Shown: positions 17,438-24,444 of the stretch, in pieces | Layout: each line of letters starts with the position of its first letter | Position numbering within the stretch: the first letter of the stretch is position 1 | IMG/VR virus record: IMGVR_UViG_3300028840_003906 | DNA: 64,000 nucleotides | Source: a virus | Strand: one strand, 5' to 3' | Made by a program: the position numbers and the translations under genes | Notes under the pieces: generated by a model | Told to the model about the DNA's origin: nothing | The model's input: only the letters and a program-made list of their open reading frames with translations | Databases searched by the model: none

Positions 17438-17656
17438 CAAGGTGCGGAATGGTCTTTGTGGCGACGAAGTGCACCTTTATAAAAAGTCATGAGGAACACA
17501 AGGACATCCCGGAAAGACGGGGCGAAGCCTGATTAGCGTGACCATGCCGCGCCAGGCGGGGAAAGGTATGGGGGCCTTTACTGACTTCACCCAAAATGGA
17601 AACTGACCACCGGACGAGAGATCGTGCTTGGGTGGATCCAGGAGAGAGACCTGGGG

Positions 17657-17781
17657 ACCATAGAGGCGGAAATGGTATACGCTATCCGTCTTCCGGTTGG
17701 GCGGAGAGGGTGAGTGCTAGATGGAGCAACTTTAAATGGAAGTACCGACAGCCCGTGCAGGTTCGAGTCCTGCCTGTGGTT
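17657..17781 (+). ncRNA. tRNA-shell RNA with enlarged variable region
   Basis: ACCATAG/CTGTGGT acceptor, GCG..CGC D arm, TCCGTC/GGCGGA stem with non-canonical loop, ~50-nt variable region, GCAGG-TTCGAGT-CCTGC. Confidence 0.65.
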
Positions 17782-17790
17782 CTGATTTTT

Positions 17791-18022
17791 ACGCGGGTAG
17801 CCAAATGGTAAAGGCGGCCGTGCAGGAAAACCCCGACGGGGGGATACGAAAACCTCGGACCAGTGGTCAGTTGAATTCGGCATGGTGTCACGAGCGCTTG
17901 CGAATGGGGGAGCAGGAAAAGCCGACGGGCGTAATACGAGGAGTCAGTGGGGCGCGCGTAGCTGATAACTCTGAGGCTCTCTTGATCGAATGTCGTTGGG
18001 GGTTCGAATCCCTCCCTGCGTG
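17791..18022 (+). ncRNA. tRNA-shell RNA with ~160-nt insert containing a duplicated motif
   Basis: ACGCGGG/CCTGCGT-G acceptor, GCC-AAATGGTAAA-GGC D arm, GGGGG-TTCGAAT-CCCTC T arm; 232 nt. Confidence 0.7.
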
Positions 18023-18042
18023 CTATTTGAAGGAGGATGTTG

Positions 18043-18702
18043 ATGAAGGTGAAGTGCAAGAGCTGCGGAGCGTTTGTTGATGTGAAGGGTGACGAGCTGA
18101 CTGACGGCGATCAGGTCAGTGCGGTTCTGGTAACTCTCGTTTTATTGGCTACGTTGGCGAATGGCTTCTGGGCTTTTGATACCTGGAGGGATAAAAAAGG
18201 ATATCGGTCTGAGATCGAGGCCGAGTACAAGGATGAGTGTTGGGTTGCCGAGATCCAGAAGGAAATCAAGGTTCCGAAGCCGACAAGCGAAGAGCGATGG
18301 TGCGAGGCCCATGGTCACTGTGGGCCTGCAAGAGAGACCCTGGCTTCCGAGTTGGGGGATTGCCGGGAAGAGATGAGGATCACTGTTCGTGACCACAATA
18401 GGGCTCTGACTGAGATTGAGCAATGCCGGTATTGGCGCAAGGAGAACGAAGAGCACTTCAAGTATCTCGAAAAAGAGATCGGGTTCTACAACGATCGGTG
18501 CATGGAGTTGTACTGCGCGGAGCAGATGCACGAATGTGAGTATCATCTTGACGGGCTTCATCAGTCTTGGATCGAGTGCGAGGATGGCAGGTACGATCGG
18601 GAGGTCTATCTTGGCTACCTGGCCGAAGAGTACCGACGTTCTCATGGGGAAGGGTGGTCGAAAGAGAAGGCCATGGAGTGGTATCGAGAGGAGGAATACT
18701 GA
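18043..18702 (+). CDS. membrane-anchored Cys-rich hypothetical protein
   Basis: RBS AGGAGG; CKSCG zinc-ribbon start, one TM helix. Confidence 0.6.
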   Translation: MKVKCKSCGAFVDVKGDELTDGDQVSAVLVTLVLLATLANGFWAFDTWRDKKGYRSEIEAEYKDECWVAEIQKEIKVPKPTSEERWCEAHGHCGPARETLASELGDCREEMRITVRDHNRALTEIEQCRYWRKENEEHFKYLEKEIGFYNDRCMELYCAEQMHECEYHLDGLHQSWIECEDGRYDREVYLGYLAEEYRRSHGEGWSKEKAMEWYREEEY

Positions 18703-19004
18703 TGCTATGGTTCAAGAACAGGTTGGAGCCAGATCCTTCTGAAACCAGGGTGGTTCCGAGGCCGGAGGTGGGCACGGTCTATGTGAATAGGGACAATGAG
18801 GACCTTTTCGCGCGTGTTGTTGAGATTTTCGGTGATCTGGTTATGTACAACGTCTTCTCGTCGGATCGGAGGTGGAAGTGTGGAAGACGCAAGGTGCGGG
18901 CTGTGTTCCATTTTGCCGAGAGGTATGATACGGAGCGACCATTGTACAATGGTGATGAAATTGTACTTTTCATCAGGAAAAAGGATCAGGAGTTTGTAGA
19001 TTAA
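18702..19004 (+). CDS. hypothetical protein
   Basis: TGATG coupling to upstream gene. Confidence 0.55.
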   Translation: MLWFKNRLEPDPSETRVVPRPEVGTVYVNRDNEDLFARVVEIFGDLVMYNVFSSDRRWKCGRRKVRAVFHFAERYDTERPLYNGDEIVLFIRKKDQEFVD

Positions 19005-19101
19005 AGCGTCACCGTGGAGGGGCGCACCGAAACATGAACTCAAGGCCGTGTGAAGGTGTGTCGGCAGGATATCCTGCTGGGTTCGATTCCCAGACGCTTT
19101 T
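19003..19101 (+). ncRNA. tRNA-shell RNA lacking a D arm, with one extended central arm
   Basis: AAAGCGT/ACGCTTT acceptor, CTGGG-TTCGATT-CCCAG T arm, CAGG-ATAT-CCTG variable arm, central GCGCACC-GAA-ACATG/CGTGT-GAA-GGTGTGT. Confidence 0.6.
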
Positions 19102-19103
19102 CA

Positions 19104-19222
19104 GGGCGAGTAGCTCAGAGGGAGAGCAGGGTGCGTAGGGCAGTGTTGGGTTCGACTCCCATTCAGGAAGGTCCCCGTAAGTCCGCAACGCCCGGTCCCA
19201 GGTTCGAGTCCTGGTTCGCTCA
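19104..19222 (+). ncRNA. tRNA-shell RNA with a second T-loop hairpin nested in the anticodon loop
   Basis: GGGCGAG/TTCGCTC-A, GCTC-AGAGGGA-GAGC, GGGTG/CGCCC, CCAGG-TTCGAGT-CCTGG; nested TGGG-TTCGACT-CCCA 19147-61. Confidence 0.7.
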
Positions 19223-19286
19223 CAGAGAGAGATGCACAGCGGACGTGATCCGCTGGGGGTTTTGGTGAACACGGCATCTCTCCTTT

Positions 19287-19358
19287 GCGCTTCTAGCTCA
19301 ATGGTAGAGCCCTCGATCGATAATCGAGAGGTTCCCGGTTCAACCCCGGGGGAGCGCA
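19287..19358 (+). tRNA. tRNA-Ile (GAT)
   Basis: Complete cloverleaf GCGCTTC/GGAGCGC-A, CTCGA-TCGATAA-TCGAG; C at position 33 is atypical. Confidence 0.85.
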
Positions 19359-19367
19359 CAAAGTAGG

Positions 19368-19395
19368 TTGACAAAACTTCGAAAAGAAGCATAAT
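19368..19395 (+). promoter_or_regulatory. sigma70-type promoter
   Basis: TTGACA 19368-73, 16 nt, CATAAT 19390-95. Confidence 0.65.
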
Positions 19396-19466
19396 GACCG
19401 GGCATGGATCGCAGCAAGGGTGCTGCGCATGTCAGAGAAAATGGCAACGAAAAAGAGGTGAGAAAA

Positions 19467-19802
19467 ATGGTTGTTTCAGACAAGAATCCGAACACGCTGG
19501 TGAACAAGAGTCAGGAGAAGATGGAGGTGGCGATCATGGCCCCGGGGGCCAACCGAGACAACACCGATGTCGTGGTCGAAAACAGGGGTGAAGACGATCG
19601 GTTCCTTAGTGTCCGGGTCACCGAGGCCGATCTCCCGGAGGTGTTCCAGGACAAGATCGACGTGAGCATCGACCACGGGTTCCAGATTGATCCCAAGTTC
19701 GACGCGACGAAGGTCAAGGTTGGAATCAAGGATGGCATCATCTTCGTGAAGATTCCGGTGCGCGATGAGGTGTTCACGAAGGTCGAGATCGACGAGGAGT
19801 AG
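19467..19802 (+). CDS. small heat-shock (Hsp20/alpha-crystallin)-like protein
   Basis: MEVAIMAPGANRDNTDVVVE...FQIDPKFDATKVKVGIKDGIIFVKIP. Confidence 0.65.
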   Translation: MVVSDKNPNTLVNKSQEKMEVAIMAPGANRDNTDVVVENRGEDDRFLSVRVTEADLPEVFQDKIDVSIDHGFQIDPKFDATKVKVGIKDGIIFVKIPVRDEVFTKVEIDEE

Positions 19803-19806
19803 GCCG

Positions 19807-20880
19807 ATGCCCGATCTGATCAGATACGGTATTGGTAGGGACTACCTGCCGGACTGGGGGATCCAAGAGGCTCTTCGTGAGGTTTACCAGAACTTCATGG
19901 ACTGGGGCGAGTACATCGAGGAGGCCCGTGTCATCACGGAGGATCATAAGATTTGTGGTATGGAGAGGGAGGCTGTCGAGAACTTCGGTGGGTCGGCCCA
20001 AGAAGTCAGGATGACGAACGACTTCAATCCGTCTGATCTCGGGTTTCTGAAGATAGGGTGCTCTGGGAAGCGTGATGACAGCCGGGCCGTCGGGAAGCAC
20101 GGTGAGGGGCTCAAGATGTCGGCGATGGTCATCGTCCGAGCTGGTGGCCACTTCCGTTTTGCGTTCGACAACAAGATGTTCATGGGTGTGTTCTACCAGG
20201 ATGACCTGATGGGAGAGTGCTTTGGGTTTGAGGTCACAGGGAATAGCCCTGTGGACGGCTTCACGCTTGAGTTCACGGTGCCGGTTGAGGAGTTTGAGAA
20301 GTACCGGGTCAAGAAGATCGATCCAGATGACGTGATCTTTGAGAACGCATTCGGCCAGATGATCAAGAGGGATCCCGGGACGGTGTACGTTGGCGGCCAC
20401 TTTGTGTGCGTGGAGGATGGGTTGAACCATGCGTACAATTTCAGTCCGGAGTTCGTGCAGCTGGATCGGGACCGGAGCGTTCCAAGGGCGTTCGATGTCG
20501 ACTATGCGGCTTCGAGGATCGTGGAGCGTTCGAACGAGATGTCCATCGAGGATCTGGTTGGTCGTGAGGGGACGTATGTGGAGCGTGTCCCAGAGAAGGT
20601 TGCCAAGGCGTTTGAACCGGAGCTTTCGGGTGGCGGGAAGGTGATCTTTCGGACGAAAGACGGTGGCATTCAGGCTCCGTTCAAGGTCGGCGAGAGCCTC
20701 ATGAAGAGGCCGGAGAACAAGAAGAAGGTCAAGAAGCTGCGGTACTCCATGAGCAAGAAGAGGACTCCCCATACGATGCTGAAGGAGTTCTTTGACCGAT
20801 ACCATGTTCATCTCCCTGAGATGGCGAAGATCGACGCTGACAACCTCGTCGCGAAGTCGAAGGGATGGAAGAAGAAATGA
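19807..20880 (+). CDS. GHKL-type ATPase domain protein
   Basis: WGIQEALREVYQNFMD (N-box), LKIGCSGK, AVGKHGEGLK (G-boxes). Confidence 0.75.
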   Translation: MPDLIRYGIGRDYLPDWGIQEALREVYQNFMDWGEYIEEARVITEDHKICGMEREAVENFGGSAQEVRMTNDFNPSDLGFLKIGCSGKRDDSRAVGKHGEGLKMSAMVIVRAGGHFRFAFDNKMFMGVFYQDDLMGECFGFEVTGNSPVDGFTLEFTVPVEEFEKYRVKKIDPDDVIFENAFGQMIKRDPGTVYVGGHFVCVEDGLNHAYNFSPEFVQLDRDRSVPRAFDVDYAASRIVERSNEMSIEDLVGREGTYVERVPEKVAKAFEPELSGGGKVIFRTKDGGIQAPFKVGESLMKRPENKKKVKKLRYSMSKKRTPHTMLKEFFDRYHVHLPEMAKIDADNLVAKSKGWKKK

Positions 20881-21476
20881 TCACCATAGAGATTGACAGG
20901 TCGACGATTCGCCCTAATCCGAACGCTGGGAGGACGTTGCACAAGGTGCCAGGTCAGTCTTCGGGTGTTTTGTCCTTTCGTGGATCGTGTCCGGTTGCAA
21001 ATGGTCTTTCCATCCTGAACGACGTTATGAAAATATTGTCGGAGGCTGGCATTGAGATATTCAGGTTTAGCCGGTGCAGGGGAGATCTTTTCATTGATGG
21101 GGGGTTCTCACCGTATGATAAGGAATTGGATCGGATTAGGTCGGCCCACCATGATGTGAAGAAGATTGCTGGACTCATGGTGGAGGAGTTTGTTTGTGGG
21201 GTTCATACGGAGGTTCAGAGTTTTCGGAGCCTGACTCCGTCTCCGGCCTATCTTTATGAGTACCATGATCGCAACGTTGTGTGCAGAGAGTGCGGCTGCA
21301 GTTTTCCGCATGGCGATCTGGAGGCGGACTACGATGGGTACGGAGAAGATGATGAGGTTTGGTCAAATTCCATTTGCCCGGTGTGCGGAGAGTGGGACTG
21401 TTGCGATTTCGTGTTTGAGGAGCTGTCTTCTGAGATGATCGATGAGTTGGGCGTCGGTGCGGAAGAAAGTTGTTGA
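20877..21476 (+). CDS. hypothetical protein with C-terminal Cys pairs
   Basis: CRECG...CPVCG; ATGA overlap. Confidence 0.55.
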   Translation: MITIEIDRSTIRPNPNAGRTLHKVPGQSSGVLSFRGSCPVANGLSILNDVMKILSEAGIEIFRFSRCRGDLFIDGGFSPYDKELDRIRSAHHDVKKIAGLMVEEFVCGVHTEVQSFRSLTPSPAYLYEYHDRNVVCRECGCSFPHGDLEADYDGYGEDDEVWSNSICPVCGEWDCCDFVFEELSSEMIDELGVGAEESC

Positions 21477-21500
21477 CAAATTTCGAGGAGTGAGTAGTAT
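21473..21500 (+). promoter_or_regulatory. promoter for the Y RNA / Ro60-like unit
   Basis: TTGACA 21473-78 (uses upstream stop codon), 16 nt, TAGTAT 21495-500, about 9 nt before the RNA. Confidence 0.65.
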
Positions 21501-21509
21501 ACAGGACGT

Positions 21510-21636
21510 GGCTGAGAACTGGGGAGACATTCCAGGAAACTAGCTCATTTGGCAGAGCAAAAGGCACATAACCTTTGGGTAGATGGTTCGATTCCATCGT
21601 TTTCAACGAAAAAATGTCTTTGAAACTCTCTCGGCC
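21510..21636 (+). ncRNA. YrlA-type Y RNA (tRNA mimic fused to a long outer stem)
   Basis: GGCTGAGA/TCTCGGCC and AGACATT/AATGTCT stems enclose GGAAAC-TA-GCTC..GAGC-A-AAAGG-CACATAA-CCTTT..GATGG-TTCGATT-CCATC-GTTTTC; directly upstream of TROVE-like gene. Confidence 0.8.
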
Positions 21637-21773
21637 CTCTTTTCTGATTCACTTCTCTAAGAACTGAAAAAGTCGATACAGGTTTTGGATATAAACTAGC
21701 TCGACTTTCGGGTTTTCTTGGGGATTTTTTCCCTCACAGCTGATCACATCTGAGAGAGATGGGAGGTTGAACG

Positions 21774-23390
21774 ATGAAGGACATCATGCAAGCTGGAGGA
21801 CTGTGGAAGGCACCGAGCGCAATCGAGGCGCAGGAGGCGGCTTCCGTTGTGCGATCTTTCCTGGACGTGGCAACCACGTCGTACGGAAGGGCGACCCACT
21901 ACAACACCCGTGAGGAGCAGGTTGCGGCCGAGCGTCGTGTCCACGACACGCTCTTCGGGCAGGGGCGAGATCTGTACGAGGCGCTCCTTCTGATGCCGGG
22001 GGTGACGGATCGGGCTCGCCAGATCGGAATCGGAAAGCTGCTCTCGAACCCGAGGAGTCCGGGGTCGGACATGTTCTTGAACCCATCCCTGGAGCGGGAG
22101 ATTCTCGTGCATCTGATCGGCCAGTTGCCGGTTCCGAGGATGTTCAAGCTCTTTGATGCCTTCCGGGGCAAGGGGGATGCTCTTGGTGTGAAGCGTTCGA
22201 ACAACGCGCGGACCAGGAAGTTGGTCCTGTCGACGATCTTGGGATCGCGGAGGCTTGATCTCTGGGCAGTGAAGTACCGCTCGAAGATGAAGCGCGTCCT
22301 CGGGCATGTCTGGGGGGTTCGGCGTGCGAGCATCATTGCGTCGATCTTGAAGAAGGATGGTCGGACGTGGACCAAGAAGGAGAAGGATATCCTCCGGGAC
22401 AACGTCCTCAAGTTCGTCGGCAACAACAAGAGGGAGTACGTCTTCGAGTGTATCGCGTTCGTCTTCGGTCGGCGTGACCGGCTGAAGGTCCGGCTCCTGA
22501 AGGCGTTCGTGGACGCGCGCGTGGACATTCTGGCTGGTGAGAAGCTCCCGATGGAGGTCCTGGAAGGGATCCGGGGGACGTATCACCCGACGATCGGGGC
22601 CGGGGAGTTGCTGAAGATCAAGGCCAGATCCGGAACGATGACGGACCATAACAAGCGGGTGGTTCAGAAGCGTGCGAACAAGGCGGGGGTCAAGGTTGAT
22701 ATGGATCCGCTGCGGTACGATCCGGTCGATTTGTACATCCACGCATTCGAGAATGGTGTGGACGCGGATATCGTCGCGGCGCTCAAGAAGAAGGCGCAGT
22801 CGGCGGCGGCGGCCCTCCCGGTTCGGTACGAGAACGTGGCGATCCTGGTGGATGCTTCGCGCTCGATGAAGGGGAGCAAGGAGCAGCCGATGAGGCCGCT
22901 GGCCACGGCGCTCTCTCTTCGGGATATGCTGCAGGAGACTTCGGACGACTCGATGATCCTGTATTGCGGTGGCGTCCTGGGGGACGACCAGAAGGTTGTC
23001 AAGCCGCAGGGTGACACGTCGCTCGCAGAGGGCCTCCTTGGCGCTTTGGGGCGCAACCCGGACGCCGTGTACGTTCTGTCGGACGGGTACGAGAACGCGC
23101 CAGCAGGGCGCTTCCAGGACGTCCTCGTGGCGGCTAGGGGGATTGGCATCAAGACGCCGGTTTTCCATATGAACCCGGTGTTCGCTGCAGAGGGTGGCTC
23201 TGTTAGGCAGCTCTGCGACAATATCGAGGGGGCGACGACCATGCCGGTCAAGTCGCCGTCGGCTCTGGCGACCACGATGCTTCGGGGTCTCCTGGAGTCG
23301 GATCCGCAGCGCGGAATCAATGCGTTGGTTCAGAGTGCGCTGAGGGGGTCCACAATCGAGAGCTTGGCTCTCATTGGAGGTGAGTCATGA
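21774..23390 (+). CDS. Ro60/TROVE-like protein: helical N-terminal region plus vWA domain
   Basis: vWA MIDAS LVDASRSM...GDTSL...VLSDGYEN; ~370-aa basic helical N-terminus; adjacent Y RNA supports the Ro60 call. Confidence 0.65.
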   Translation: MKDIMQAGGLWKAPSAIEAQEAASVVRSFLDVATTSYGRATHYNTREEQVAAERRVHDTLFGQGRDLYEALLLMPGVTDRARQIGIGKLLSNPRSPGSDMFLNPSLEREILVHLIGQLPVPRMFKLFDAFRGKGDALGVKRSNNARTRKLVLSTILGSRRLDLWAVKYRSKMKRVLGHVWGVRRASIIASILKKDGRTWTKKEKDILRDNVLKFVGNNKREYVFECIAFVFGRRDRLKVRLLKAFVDARVDILAGEKLPMEVLEGIRGTYHPTIGAGELLKIKARSGTMTDHNKRVVQKRANKAGVKVDMDPLRYDPVDLYIHAFENGVDADIVAALKKKAQSAAAALPVRYENVAILVDASRSMKGSKEQPMRPLATALSLRDMLQETSDDSMILYCGGVLGDDQKVVKPQGDTSLAEGLLGALGRNPDAVYVLSDGYENAPAGRFQDVLVAARGIGIKTPVFHMNPVFAAEGGSVRQLCDNIEGATTMPVKSPSALATTMLRGLLESDPQRGINALVQSALRGSTIESLALIGGES

Positions 23391-24367
23391 CAAGACGGAA
23401 CATGTCAATGGACGACATCCTGTTCGGCATAGGGCACGGACGTCGTCAGACGGTCGGAAACATGGATGTCATCCCGCTTGTGGATGAGGGTGCCGATCGT
23501 GGAGAGGAGTTCATGCCTCCGACGGAAGTCGAGGTCGGGACTGAGGAATACGGAACGGTCAGCATGAGGCACAGCGGGGATTCCCCGACGGTCATGCCGA
23601 CAGGGTCGTGCTGGGTTGTCAAGGAGCGTGCGCAGGATCATGCAATCGGCAGCGGTGTGCTCTTGGCTCCTGGGGACTCGAAGACGATCCGGGACGCCAT
23701 GTGCATCCAGTCTTCGCAGAGCGGCATGATTCGGCGACAGGTCCAGGATCTGACGATTTTGCCGGTTGGTCTGCGAACGAGGGCTCTTGCCCTACGTGGA
23801 CGACAGGATTATTCGAAGCTCTGGGGGAGCATTGGCGAGTTCAACAAGGGATACGGATCCAGTGATGAGCAAGCCCTGGTCTACTTCCTGAGGAACTTTG
23901 GCAAGCAGCTGGATCAGTTTGTTGCCGAGTTCGAGTTGGTTCCTGGTCAGGTTGGCGCGATCATTCTGGTGAACGGAAAGCTGGTCGGCGTCGAGGTGGC
24001 TCCAAACAGTTTGTTCTGGGAGTCGATTTGGGAGCCGATGATCCGGGTCTGCTACGGCTCGTTCGCGATTCGGTATGCCGATCAGGCTGCTCCGACGAGG
24101 CGCCAGCTGGATGTCTCCACGAAGACCCTCGATGGTCTTTGGGATGCGTATCAGAAGGCGGCCCAGGATGATCATGATCGGACTGAGTTGATCGTCGGCA
24201 AGGTTCGAGAGGATCGCCTCCTGACCGGGACGATTGACCAGGCAGCTGGGGGCTACGAAATGAAGACGGTCGGGTCCCCCGGTGGAACAGAGCTGGCTGG
24301 TCAGATTGTCCAGCGAGCAGGCCACAAGGCCGCATCCTACCTTTCCATGTGCGTCAAGGTCGATTAG
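23387..24367 (+). CDS. ARPP-1 (DUF6569)-like domain protein
   Basis: AQDHAIGSGVLLAPG...AMCIQSSQ and QVGAIILVNGKLVGVEVAPNSLFWESIW resemble the family pattern; ATGA-coupled to the vWA gene. Confidence 0.55.
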   Translation: MTRRNMSMDDILFGIGHGRRQTVGNMDVIPLVDEGADRGEEFMPPTEVEVGTEEYGTVSMRHSGDSPTVMPTGSCWVVKERAQDHAIGSGVLLAPGDSKTIRDAMCIQSSQSGMIRRQVQDLTILPVGLRTRALALRGRQDYSKLWGSIGEFNKGYGSSDEQALVYFLRNFGKQLDQFVAEFELVPGQVGAIILVNGKLVGVEVAPNSLFWESIWEPMIRVCYGSFAIRYADQAAPTRRQLDVSTKTLDGLWDAYQKAAQDDHDRTELIVGKVREDRLLTGTIDQAAGGYEMKTVGSPGGTELAGQIVQRAGHKAASYLSMCVKVD

Positions 24368-24444
24368 GTCGATGAGTTTGCACCTGTCGCTTGCAATCAC
24401 AATTCACACAGAGTTAAGGTGTCCATCTGCTGACGGAGGGATCT

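Noticed and set aside
17480-17640. RNase P RNA or SRP RNA
   Set aside because: The universal GAGGAAAGTCC / P4 and GGAA-GCAG SRP signatures are not present.
17657-17781. tRNA-Sec or tRNA-Pyl because of the long variable arm
   Set aside because: No TCA or CTA anticodon in a canonical loop here; the TCA in the 19003 element lies in a 10-nt loop without a D arm.
22404-22417. Half-matches to the palindrome (e.g. CTCAAGTTCG here, TCAAGTTCG at about 29794)
   Set aside because: The left GAAC arm is missing and the codons (LKF/KF) explain them.
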